Assembly: GCA_963695555.1 (NCBI GenBank)
Contig: CAVOGR010000007.1
Coordinates: forward strand, 384,001-448,000
From: an uncultured Gemmatimonadales bacterium
GTDB taxonomy: Bacteria; Gemmatimonadota; Gemmatimonadetes; Gemmatimonadales; GWC2-71-9
DNA: 64,000 nucleotides
Direction of reading: 5' to 3'
Shown here: positions 44,620-54,965 of the stretch, piece after piece
Layout of the letters: every line of letters starts with the position of its first letter
How positions within the stretch are numbered: the stretch's first letter is position 1
Notes under the pieces: generated by a model
Told to the model about the DNA's origin: nothing
The model's input: the letters and a program-made list of their open reading frames with translations, nothing else
Databases searched by the model: none
Position numbers and translations under genes: made by a program

Positions 44620-45924
44620 ATGCACAAGAAACTATGGCTGAATTGGGTCGCAATTGTAGCAATCCTGGCCCTACTAGCCCTTATATGGCAGCAGTGCCGG
44701 CCGGACCAGCCGGCCCAGACGGGTGCTCAGCCTTGGCGACCGGAGTGCCCACACGATTCGATTGCGATCGTGGTTGCTGACAAAGAACAGCCGTCCGGCA
44801 CGAAGACCATCACTGACATCCCACTGGCCTCCACGATCGACCACATCGCGGAATTCCACGACTGTCAGCGCTTCATCGTGAAGGACGATAACACGGGACA
44901 AGAGCGTTTCGGACCGATGGTCGCAATCTTTGCCTCCGAAGACCTGGCTACCCTGGAGGAAAGCCTAGATTCATTGCTCGAAAGGCCAGCTGCCCGCGAC
45001 TCAGCTCTTGCCGGAGCCGAGATCTACAACTACCACGAAGCCTATGACCCGCTGTTCATCGAACATGGTTTCAATTGCCTCTTCCTACGGAAGGAGAATG
45101 CCCGGGACTGGGTGGCCAGGATGGTCCCGGTCGGCAATCAAGCGGATGCCTGTCTCGGATTCCAAGATGTTAATGCTCTTGGCCACCCGTTGGATGTCCG
45201 ACCCGTCGCCCAGGGCCCGTATGGCGGACAGGATGTTCCCCGGGTTGCCCGCTGGGATTGGGACGGGACCCAGCAATATATCGGCATCAAGTGTGGTGAT
45301 CAGTGGTGCGAAATTGGACCGCAGGGTGGGTTCGCGACTTCGAGTCGCTCTTGGGCCAATGATGTGTTGAACCAACCCGGCGCTGCCAACTTGCAGGAGT
45401 TTGCCCCCACTACGCCAAACGATCCTGCTAATCGCGTCGTCGAGGTCAAGGGCTGGTTCGATGAACAGCGTCTCGCGGTCCCGAGTGGGGGCGGCGGAAT
45501 GCTACCGGCAAGCAGACCCGCGCTGGCGATCCCACACCCACGTCTGGGGCTCTACGACATTCCCTATTTCGAGCAGCACGATTGGCTTCCATCTGCACTG
45601 GTTGTTCTCCCTCCAGGCCTGGATGGGTACATCACCAAACGAAATTGGGCAGCAGGAGTCAATCGGGTCTACCTCTGCTCGGGAAGTCCTGAGGAGTGCA
45701 AAATCCCGTCCGCCGAGGCTCCCATGTGCCAGCCTGAATGGGCATCGAATGACAACCGGGAATGGTGGGCCAAGACCGTGTCGTCGAGCGAGGACGTGAA
45801 GTACCAGTGCGTCACCCGCTGCGAGCAGAACCTTGAAATACCCGGCACGGTGCGGTGGCGCTGGGAGGAGCAGGACGAGAAGCTCTGGATTCGATGCGCC
45901 ACAGGCTGCTGTGCGGTCAACTGA
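44620..45924 (+). CDS. Secreted/anchored Cys- and Trp-rich protein with two internal repeats
   Basis: AAGGAG RBS; N-terminal hydrophobic segment; repeats end PRVARWDW..IGIKCGDQWC and PGTVRWRW..LWIRCATGCC. Confidence 0.85.
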   Translation: MHKKLWLNWVAIVAILALLALIWQQCRPDQPAQTGAQPWRPECPHDSIAIVVADKEQPSGTKTITDIPLASTIDHIAEFHDCQRFIVKDDNTGQERFGPMVAIFASEDLATLEESLDSLLERPAARDSALAGAEIYNYHEAYDPLFIEHGFNCLFLRKENARDWVARMVPVGNQADACLGFQDVNALGHPLDVRPVAQGPYGGQDVPRVARWDWDGTQQYIGIKCGDQWCEIGPQGGFATSSRSWANDVLNQPGAANLQEFAPTTPNDPANRVVEVKGWFDEQRLAVPSGGGGMLPASRPALAIPHPRLGLYDIPYFEQHDWLPSALVVLPPGLDGYITKRNWAAGVNRVYLCSGSPEECKIPSAEAPMCQPEWASNDNREWWAKTVSSSEDVKYQCVTRCEQNLEIPGTVRWRWEEQDEKLWIRCATGCCAVN

Positions 45925-45947
45925 CCGGAACAGTGACGTCCAACATC

Positions 45948-45979
45948 GAGAGGGCGGGCCAGGTGGTCCGCCCTCTTCG
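45948..45979 (+). terminator. Hairpin closing kinase A/partner unit
   Basis: AGAGGGCGGGCC-aggt-GGTCCGCCCTCT. Confidence 0.55.
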
Positions 45980-46169
45980 CCATCGCAATAACGTCGCCCG
46001 GCGCTGCGCACGCGCTCGGGTGTGACGACCAACCCACCTTCCTCGCCAGACCCCATCCCCACCCGTAGCCTAGGGTCTTCCCTAGTCCAAAACGCCCCGC
46101 CGCACCAGATTACGGCCGACCGAGTATACTGAACCCCCGCATCTCTTCCTTTATAGCGGAGTCCTGTCG

Positions 46170-49100
46170 TTGGTCGATGTCGCCGCCACCCTGACGGCCG
46201 CCCTCAAAGGCACGTACACCGTCGAGCGCGAGCTCGGCCGCGGCGGCATGGCGATCGTCTTCCTGGCCCAGGACGAAAAGCACCAGCGCCCCGTCGCCAT
46301 CAAGGTGCTGAAGCCCGAGATCGCCAACTCCATCGGCGCCGAGCGCTTCCTCCGTGAAATCGAAGTCGCGGCCCGGCTGAGCCACCCCTATATCCTGAGC
46401 CTCCACGATTCGGGCGAAGCGGACGGACTGCTCTACTACGTCATGCCGTTCGTCGAGGGCGAGACCCTCGGCGACCGGATCACCCGCGAGGGACAGCTGC
46501 CGGTCGAGGACGCCCTCAAGATCACCAAGCAGGTCGCCGCCGCCCTGGCCCACGCCCACAGCATGGGCGTCATCCACCGCGACATCAAACCCGAAAACAT
46601 CATGCTCCAGGGCGACCTGGCCGTGGTCGCCGACTTCGGTATCGCCCGCGCGGTGAGCACCGCCGGCGGCGACAAGCTCACCGAGACCGGCCTCACACTC
46701 GGTACGCTGGCGTACATGAGCCCCGAGCAGGCCGGCGGCGACCACCGGCTCGACAGCCGGAGCGATCTCTACTCGCTGGCCTGCGTGCTCTACGAGATGC
46801 TGAGCGGCGAGCCGCCGTTCAGCGGGCCCACCGCGCAATCGATCATCGCCAAACACCTGCAGGAGCGGCCACCGTCGATCCTGGTCGTTCGGCCGCGGGT
46901 GCCGGCCGCCATCGATCAGGCGCTCGACCGGGCACTCGCCAAGGTGCCCGCCGATCGGCAGAGCGGGGTCACGGAATTCGTCGAGGCGCTGACCAAAAGA
47001 ATGCCGGAGCCGGCGCCGGAACCGAAGGCAAAGCCCAGACGGGCCGGGCGCCACTGGTGGCTCTGGGCGGCACCCGGTGTGGCCGTGGTTGGGCTGGCCA
47101 TGGTGTTCGTACCCCGGCTGGTCTCCGGCAGCCTGAATCCGACCCAGTACGTGCTCGGCACCGAGGACACGGGCGTCGGCGAGAATTCAACGGAGGCGCT
47201 CCGCTGGGAACTCGAGCTCCAGGCAGCACTCGCCCAAGTGCCGAACGTGCTCCTGACCGAGCCCTACCGGGTCAACGACCGGCTGCTGCAGCTGGGCCGC
47301 CCCCCTGCCGATGCCATCGGGTGGTTCAACTTCGCGCGCAAGCTCGGCGCGGGAAAGCTCCTGCTGACGCGCTTCGTGCCGGGACCGGATTCCATGATCG
47401 TGGTGGTCAACGCGTACGACGTTGCCCGCGGCCGAAGCATTGAGCGGGCCCAGGTGGGAGTGCGAACCGACTTCAGCCACGCCGCCGTGCGCGTGGTCGA
47501 ACAACTCTTCAAGCTCGAACGAGGCGTCATCAAAGCGGGCGCAACCAATGACGCGGCGCGGCGCTCCTTCGTGGCCGGGCACCAGGCCCTCAAGTCGTGG
47601 GACCTGAAGGGCGCGGAGCGGCACTTCGCCGAGGCGCTGGCCGAGGATCCGGCGGACGCTCAAGCCAGCCTCTGGCTCGCCAAGGTCAAGCTCTGGGGCG
47701 GCGATCCGGCAGACGAGTGGCTCGCCGCGGCGCGCCGGGCCGGCGGAGCGCTGGAGCAACTGCGGGATGACCGTGAACGCGACGCCGCCCAGGCGCTTCG
47801 GGCCCTTGGCGAAGGGGATTACCTCGATGCGTGCCGGCGATACGATGCCATAGTGGCCGCCGATTCCCAGAATTTCGAGGCCTGGTTTGGCCTCGGCGAA
47901 TGCCACGCGGGCGATCGCCTGGTGCTGCCGGATAGAAAGAGCCCGTCGGGATTTCGTTTCAGGAGCAGCCGCCAGGCAGCAATCACGGCCTATGAACATG
48001 CCTTGGAACAGGTGCCCTCATTCGCGTTCCAGTTCGGGCCGCTCGAACGCTTGAATACCGTGCTCGTGGTAGAGTCGGGCCGGGTGCGGAGCGGTGTCCT
48101 GGCCAGCCCGGATTCGACATTGTACGCCGCCTGGCCTTCAGTCGATCACGACACCCTGGCGTATGTACCATATCCCGCTCAGCAAATCTTTTCCGGTGAT
48201 GTGCCACCGCCACCGAACCAGGACGATGCCGTCTCCCAGAATCGTGACCGGCTGCTCCGAATCGTGCGGACCTGGGCCGCGGCATTTCCCGACTCCTCGA
48301 GCGCCAATCAGGCGCTGGCGCGCGCACTCGAGCTCAAGGGCTTTCTGGACGGTGGGCAGGCGCCCGAACGATCGGCGTTGGCCGCAGCACGGCTGGCCGC
48401 TCGCCAAGCGCGAAGCGCAAACGACAGCCTCGAGTCCGCCGAACTCGAAGTCCGGCTCCTGCTCAAGCTCCAGCGGTTCGACGACCTGCGAAAACTCGCC
48501 AGCGCAACGCTCAGTCGCCATCGGAACCCTTCCCCGCGAGAGGCCCGCCACTTGGTCGGCCTGGCCGCACTCACGGGCCGACCGAACCTGACGGCAGCGT
48601 TGAGTGCCAAGGCCGCGACACTCATGGCCGAGGACCCCGGAGGCCGGTACAGCCAGGTAGCGCTGCCGGTGCTCGAGGCCTGGCAGCGCTTGATGGTGTA
48701 CGCCGCGTTCGGGACGCCGAGCGACAGCATCCGGACGTACGTCACTCGACTCGACACGCTGCTCCAGGTCTACGAGACCCCCGAGGCCGCCGATCGACTG
48801 AAATGTGACGTAGCGTGGTATCCCAGGGCGCTCGCGTGGCCCGAGCTACGGCAGGTTACCAGCGATGAACGGTGTTGGAGTCAGAATAGCCTGTTCGAAA
48901 TGCAATGGGCATTGAACCAGGGCAATCACGACGCCATCCGCTCCGCCTACGATGAATTGCGGTCCATGCGCGAGACCATGGGCCCTGGTGAAGTGGCCCT
49001 GCAAAACGTGTATCACGAGGCCTTGCTGCTTTTGGGAATCGGAGACACCTTATCCGCCTCCCAATTCCTGGGCCGTACCCTTGCGGCCATGGGAGCGCTT

Positions 49101-49298
49101 CGGACCAGCGTGGTAACGGAGGCTCCGCAGGCCGCGAGCCTGGTGCGAGCCATGGCCCTCCGGGCCGAGCTGGCGGCCCAGGCCCGAGATCCGACGGTGG
49201 CCCGGGAATGGGCCCGGAAGGTGATCCAGCTCTGGGAAGACGGAGAAGAGGCTGTGCGGCCGGTGGTCGACCGCATGCGGCAGATTGCCGAACGCTAG
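46170..49298 (+). CDS. Receptor-like Ser/Thr kinase B, paralogue of kinase A
   Basis: Intact kinase motifs; TM WWLWAAPGVAVVGLAMVFV; ectodomain motifs shared with kinase A. Confidence 0.93.
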   Translation: MVDVAATLTAALKGTYTVERELGRGGMAIVFLAQDEKHQRPVAIKVLKPEIANSIGAERFLREIEVAARLSHPYILSLHDSGEADGLLYYVMPFVEGETLGDRITREGQLPVEDALKITKQVAAALAHAHSMGVIHRDIKPENIMLQGDLAVVADFGIARAVSTAGGDKLTETGLTLGTLAYMSPEQAGGDHRLDSRSDLYSLACVLYEMLSGEPPFSGPTAQSIIAKHLQERPPSILVVRPRVPAAIDQALDRALAKVPADRQSGVTEFVEALTKRMPEPAPEPKAKPRRAGRHWWLWAAPGVAVVGLAMVFVPRLVSGSLNPTQYVLGTEDTGVGENSTEALRWELELQAALAQVPNVLLTEPYRVNDRLLQLGRPPADAIGWFNFARKLGAGKLLLTRFVPGPDSMIVVVNAYDVARGRSIERAQVGVRTDFSHAAVRVVEQLFKLERGVIKAGATNDAARRSFVAGHQALKSWDLKGAERHFAEALAEDPADAQASLWLAKVKLWGGDPADEWLAAARRAGGALEQLRDDRERDAAQALRALGEGDYLDACRRYDAIVAADSQNFEAWFGLGECHAGDRLVLPDRKSPSGFRFRSSRQAAITAYEHALEQVPSFAFQFGPLERLNTVLVVESGRVRSGVLASPDSTLYAAWPSVDHDTLAYVPYPAQQIFSGDVPPPPNQDDAVSQNRDRLLRIVRTWAAAFPDSSSANQALARALELKGFLDGGQAPERSALAAARLAARQARSANDSLESAELEVRLLLKLQRFDDLRKLASATLSRHRNPSPREARHLVGLAALTGRPNLTAALSAKAATLMAEDPGGRYSQVALPVLEAWQRLMVYAAFGTPSDSIRTYVTRLDTLLQVYETPEAADRLKCDVAWYPRALAWPELRQVTSDERCWSQNSLFEMQWALNQGNHDAIRSAYDELRSMRETMGPGEVALQNVYHEALLLLGIGDTLSASQFLGRTLAAMGALRTSVVTEAPQAASLVRAMALRAELAAQARDPTVAREWARKVIQLWEDGEEAVRPVVDRMRQIAER

Positions 49299-49329
49299 GC
49301 ATCACGATGTCACGTGAAAGGAAGTATGC

Positions 49330-49959
49330 ATGATGAACGGGAAAACATGGGTCGCGTGCGGGGTTGGGGCCCTGCTCTTTTTTACCGGCACCACGGCCGA
49401 AGCCCAAGGCGACCCAGTAGGCGGGCCGCCGGCGGGCGTTCGCAGCTGTACCGATAACGGCCAGCCACGGGCCGCCATCCTCGGGTACGCCAACAGCCTT
49501 CGCTTCCGGTCGTTGGACCACGACGGCGGCGGCCACCGTGCCAACCTCACCATCGAAGACGCCCAGGGCCGGCGGGTCGGTCCGGTGGCCACCGTGCAAC
49601 CGGTGGATCGGATCAACGAGATGGCCAGTCTGTCACAGGGGCGGGCAGGCACGATCGTCGCCCGGGTCTATGTCGACCCGGAATTCACCGATCCCGTGAC
49701 CAACCAGAAGGGCTTCGCCCCGCGGAACCTGCCGCCGGGCGAAAGCTTCATCATGATCTGCGAGGAGACCACGGGGCAGACCAGCAACTACACCGCGCTC
49801 ATCATCCCGGCGGACGAAAACGAGCCGCTGAGGACCCGCCCGGTCATGTTCTATTCGATTAGCGATCAACTGCCGTCCGCCCGGGCGCGGTTCCAGGCCG
49901 GCAGCAGCGAGGTCATTTGCGTGTCGTGCAAGGCCCGCGGGTGGTGCGAAGTGCAGTAA
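49330..49959 (+). CDS. Secreted protein with one copy of the Cys-terminated domain
   Basis: AAGGA RBS; signal peptide ending AEA; C-terminus PSARARF..ICVSCKARGWC. Confidence 0.85.
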   Translation: MMNGKTWVACGVGALLFFTGTTAEAQGDPVGGPPAGVRSCTDNGQPRAAILGYANSLRFRSLDHDGGGHRANLTIEDAQGRRVGPVATVQPVDRINEMASLSQGRAGTIVARVYVDPEFTDPVTNQKGFAPRNLPPGESFIMICEETTGQTSNYTALIIPADENEPLRTRPVMFYSISDQLPSARARFQAGSSEVICVSCKARGWCEVQ

Positions 49960-49989
49960 CCTCGTTTCAGCCGGGTGCCGGAGAGAATA

Positions 49990-50026
49990 CGGGCCGCCGT
50001 CCTCGGTGACGAGCGGCCCGTTTCTT
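49990..50026 (+). terminator. Intrinsic terminator
   Basis: CGGGCCGC...GCGGCCCG followed by TTTCTT. Confidence 0.6.
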
Positions 50027-50044
50027 ACTCATGCCTCGAGGCTG

Positions 50045-50905
<861 letters not shown>

Positions 50906-51022
50906 CCGGCGGCTCCCCCTTACCCGGATACGATAGGAGAAGCATGGACGACCCGCCAGGTCCGGATCGGACGGGCCATGCAACAGGCCTACCGTCCCAC
51001 TTCCCACCATACTACTCCCTGT

Positions 51023-51166
51023 ACTTGATTGATCATTCTACTTGCAGAAGTCGATCAAATGCGTAATCTTGCATCTCGTGATAGGCACCACGACCACACG
51101 GTTGGGGAGCCTCGGCCCGATGGGTACCGCCAGCAAGGTAACCAGGTAGACTTGATTGATCGAACA
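51023..51166. promoter_or_regulatory. Two candidate TetR operators
   Basis: ACTTGATTGATC at 51023-51034 and 51150-51161; the second extends to pseudo-palindrome TTGATTGATCGAACAA. Confidence 0.55.
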
Positions 51167-51177
51167 ACTAAATCAGG

Positions 51178-51870
51178 GTGAGTAGCGGAACCAGGGACCG
51201 GATTCTCGCCGAGGCCTCCCGCCTGTTCCATCGGCAGGGGTATGAGGCAACCGGGGTCGCGACCATACTCCGCGCCGCCGACGTGAACAGCGGGAGCCTC
51301 TATCACTTCTTCCCCGGTAAGGAAGCGCTCTTGGTCGGAGTCCTCGAACGGCACCTGACCCTGCTCGACCCTTCGATCCTGGACCCCGCCGAGGACGCCG
51401 AGAGTGACCCGATCGAGCGGATCTTTACCCTGCTGGAAGCCTATCGACGGGCGCTCCTGGTCACGGACTGCACCCGCGGCTGCCCGGTCGGGAACCTGGC
51501 GCTGGAGGTGGGCAACCGAACCCAGGTGGTCCAATCCCTCATCGACCAGTACTTCGCCGGCTGGACCGGGCGCGTCGAGCGCTGGCTTGACCAGGCAGGT
51601 CCGAGGCTTCCAGCCGGCTCCGACCGGGCCACGCTCTCCCGGCTCGTCCTCTCGGTCATGGAAGGCGGCGTGATGCAGGCCAGGGCAGCGGGGTCACTGG
51701 ATCCGTTCGATGCCTCAGTGGCCGAGCTGCGGCGCCACCTGACGCTGCTCCAGGAGGCCGCCCGCCGCGAGCGGGGCGAGGAGCCCGCTGCCATGGCGCC
51801 CGAAGCAGCGGGGATGGGGCGTGAAGAGCCGGCTCACACGGGCAAGCGCGCCGCCTGGAGGGCCTGGTAG
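51178..51870 (+). CDS. TetR/AcrR family regulator (NemR/LmrA-like)
   Basis: RDRIL..LF..QGYEATGV, GSLYHFFPGKE, GCPVGNLALE. Confidence 0.93.
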   Translation: MSSGTRDRILAEASRLFHRQGYEATGVATILRAADVNSGSLYHFFPGKEALLVGVLERHLTLLDPSILDPAEDAESDPIERIFTLLEAYRRALLVTDCTRGCPVGNLALEVGNRTQVVQSLIDQYFAGWTGRVERWLDQAGPRLPAGSDRATLSRLVLSVMEGGVMQARAAGSLDPFDASVAELRRHLTLLQEAARRERGEEPAAMAPEAAGMGREEPAHTGKRAAWRAW

Positions 51871-52633
51871 TGGCGAGCGGCGGGCCGCCCGTGACCCAGG
51901 AGGAGAGGATCCGGGCAATGGTCCGTCGGGTAGTCTACCGGGCTGTCGGCAAGGCCCCTCCCCGAGCCTCGGCGCGTAACCGGCGCCTGGTGACCGAAGC
52001 CGCGCTCGATGGCGTCGCCTCCGGTGGGCAGCTGGAGATCCCTCGAGGCGCCCTGGTGACACCGCTGGCCAGGCAGGCTGCCATGGAGCGGAAAGTGGCG
52101 CTGGTCGAGGCGGCCGGGGGCCGGGCCGCGACATCCCAGGGCCGGGGACCCGAGGCGGTGCGGGCCGACCCGGCCGCAAAGGTCGTGGCCCTGGGCGCCG
52201 ATCACGGAGGCTACGACTTCAAGGAAATGCTCAAGAGTCACCTGAGCGCCGCGGCTACGCGGTCCTCGATTGCGGAACCGACGGCACCGAATCGGTGGAC
52301 TATCCCGACTTCGCCCTCGCGGTGGCCCAGCTGGTGTCGGAGGGACGCGCGTGGCGCGGCATCCTGGTGGACGGCGCCGGGATCGGCTCATGCATGGCGG
52401 CCAACAAGGTGCCCGGGGTGCGGGCCGCCATGTGCTACGACGAGGCAACGGCGGTCAACAGCCGGGACCACAACGACGCCAACGTCCTGACGCTTGGGGC
52501 GGGCATGATCGGCCCGGACCTGGCCCGCCAGATCGTCACGCGTTGGCTCGACACACCGGCCGAGGGTGGCCGGCACGCGCGTCGCGTCACGAAGATCATG
52601 GACATCGAACATCGATTCTCGAGGCGGCCATGA
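51870..52633 (+). pseudogene. rpiB: Ribose-5-phosphate isomerase B with N-terminal extension; 1-nt deletion near 52252
   Basis: GADHGG in one frame; GYAVLDCGT..VDYPD, GAGIG, ANKVPGVRAA, HNDANVL, GGRHARRV in the -1 frame; may be a sequencing error. Confidence 0.85.
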
Positions 52634-52669
52634 GCCAAGCCAGGATCTCAGCCGGTCGGGAGGCGGCCG

Positions 52670-53537
52670 GTGAAGAAGCTCGACGACGCGACGCTCGAGC
52701 GGCTCATCGAGCAGATCACCCACCAGGTCCTGGTGCAGGTCGAGGGCAAAGCGGAGAGTCGCGGCAGCGCGGCCGGCGCACCTCCGCTCTCCGCCCAGAA
52801 CTACGTCGATCGGGTGCAGCCGGTGGTATCCGCGGGGGCGGACCGCATCGCCAGCACGCTGGGTGTCGCGCCCACCGATGGCAGCCTGAGCCACATGATC
52901 GATCACACCCTGCTCAAGCCGGACGCAACCCAGGACGAGATCGCCCAGCTCTGCTACGAGGCACGCAAGTACGGCTTCGCGTCGGTGTGCGTGAACCCGT
53001 CGTACGTGAAGCTCTGCGCCGACCTGCTGAAGGGTAGCGACGTGCTCGTCTGCACGGTGGTCGGCTTCCCGCTCGGCGCCACGTCCACCGAGAGCAAGGT
53101 GTTCGAGACGCAGAAGGCGATCCGCGACGGCGCCACCGAGGTCGACATGGTGATCAACGTCGGAGCGCTCAAGTCGCGCGACTACGAGCTGGTCGAGCGC
53201 GACATCGCCTCGGTGGCGCGGGCCTGTCACGCCGGGGGCGCGATCCTCAAGGTGATCATCGAGGCGGCGCTGCTCGACGACGAGGAGAAGGTGGCCGCCT
53301 GCCAGCTCGCCAAGGTGGCCGGCGCCGACTTCGTGAAGACCTCGACCGGGTTCGGTCCGGGCGGGGCGACCGCGGAGGACGTCGCCCTGATGCGGCGCGT
53401 GGTCGGCCCGAAGATCGGCGTCAAGGCCGCCGGCGGCATCCGCAGCCTGCGCCGATGCCCAGCGGATGATCGCCGCCGGCGCCAGTCGCATCGGGGCCAG
53501 CGCCAGCGTCAAGATCGTGCAAGGAGCCACGTCATGA
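52670..53537 (+). pseudogene. deoC: Deoxyribose-phosphate aldolase with encapsulation peptide; 1-nt insertion near 53450
   Basis: [27 protein letters not shown]; conserved tail AGASRIGAS only in the +1 frame, stop 53537. Confidence 0.88.
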
Positions 53538-53546
53538 GGAGCAACC

Positions 53547-54185
53547 ATGTCCGTTGATCTGCGCACCTACGCATTCCTCGACAGCCTGCAGCCGCAGCAC
53601 GCGGCCTATCTGGGGACCGTGGCGCGCGGGTTCCTGCCGCTGCCCGGTGACACGTCGCTGTGGGTCGAGATCTCGCCCGGCATCGAGATCAATCGCATCA
53701 CCGACATCGCGCTCAAGTCGACCAGGGTCCGCCCCGGCATGCAGGTGGTCGAGCGGCTGTTCGGGCTGCTGGAGGTCCATCACGAGATCCAGGCCGAGGT
53801 CCGGGCCGCCGGGGCGGCGATCCTCGAGGCGCTCGAAGTGAAGGAGTTGGACCGCATCAAGCCGCGGGTCGTCTCCAGCCAGATCATCCGCCACGTCGAC
53901 GCCCACCAGGTGCAGCTGGTCAACCGGATGCGGTTCGGTCACATGCTGCTGGCTGGCCAGACGCTGTACGTGCTCGAGGTCGAGCCGGCCGGCTACGCTG
54001 CCCTCGCCGCCAACGAAGCGGAGAAGGCGGCCAACATCAACATTCTCGATGTACGCGCTTTCGGCAGCTTCGGCCGGGTCTACCTCGGCGGCGAGGAACG
54101 GGACATCATGGCCGGCTACGGGGCCGCGGTTGCCGCCATCGAAGGGATCAGCGGCCGCGACATGGAAACGAAGCGGCGGGATTGA
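53547..54185 (+). CDS. BMC-T shell protein (permuted tandem domain)
   Basis: [40 protein letters not shown]. Confidence 0.92.
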   Translation: MSVDLRTYAFLDSLQPQHAAYLGTVARGFLPLPGDTSLWVEISPGIEINRITDIALKSTRVRPGMQVVERLFGLLEVHHEIQAEVRAAGAAILEALEVKELDRIKPRVVSSQIIRHVDAHQVQLVNRMRFGHMLLAGQTLYVLEVEPAGYAALAANEAEKAANINILDVRAFGSFGRVYLGGEERDIMAGYGAAVAAIEGISGRDMETKRRD

Positions 54186-54228
54186 ACCGCGGGGCAGAAG
54201 AACACTCAACCGACGTCGGGAGGACGGA

Positions 54229-54552
54229 ATGGCTGACGAGTATGGGGCGATCGAAGCGCTGGGCATGATCGAGACCAGGAGCTACCCGGCGATGGTCGAA
54301 GCCGCCGACGCCATGGTCAAGGCGGCCAAGGTCGAGTTGGTGGCGTACGAGAAGACCGGCGGGGGGCACGTGACCGCGATCGTGCGCGGCGACGTGGCCG
54401 CGGTCAAGGCGGCGGTCGAGGCCGGTGCGCGAGGCGCCGAGAAGGTCGGCGAAGTGGTGGCCATCCACGTCATTCCGCGTCCGCACGCCAACGTCGACCG
54501 CGCCCTGCCGCTCGGTCGCATGGACGAAGGGGCCAAGGCCGCGAAGAAGTAA
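54229..54552 (+). CDS. BMC-H hexameric shell protein
   Basis: [35 protein letters not shown]. Confidence 0.96.
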   Translation: MADEYGAIEALGMIETRSYPAMVEAADAMVKAAKVELVAYEKTGGGHVTAIVRGDVAAVKAAVEAGARGAEKVGEVVAIHVIPRPHANVDRALPLGRMDEGAKAAKK

Positions 54553-54663
54553 CGTGAGCCGACGACGAGGCACTGCGGTCCGCCGCCCGATGGACGGCTG
54601 GGTGGGCGGGCCGCCCGATCCCGGAGGCAGCGTGGTGCCTCCGGCACGCGAACGGAGCTCTAC

Positions 54664-54963
54664 ATGCTGCTAGGAAGAGTGGTCGGGACGCTGGTGGCAA
54701 GCCAGAAGGAACCATCCCTCGACGGGCTCAAACTCCTGGTCCTCTCGCAATTGGATGTCGAGGGGAAAGCGACTGGCGGGTACCGGGTGGCCGTCGACGC
54801 CGTCGGAGCCGGCATGGGGGAGGTGGTGCTGTTCGCCACCGGCAGTTCGGCGCGGCAGACCGCCGTGACCGAAAAGCGACCGTGCGACGGCGTCATCATG
54901 GCCATCGTCGATGTGCTCGAGGTCGGCGGCGAGATCAAGTACGACAAGGCGAGAGACGGCTGA
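54664..54963 (+). CDS. BMC-P vertex protein (EutN/CcmL family)
   Basis: [30 protein letters not shown]. Confidence 0.95.
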   Translation: MLLGRVVGTLVASQKEPSLDGLKLLVLSQLDVEGKATGGYRVAVDAVGAGMGEVVLFATGSSARQTAVTEKRPCDGVIMAIVDVLEVGGEIKYDKARDG

Positions 54964-54965
54964 CC

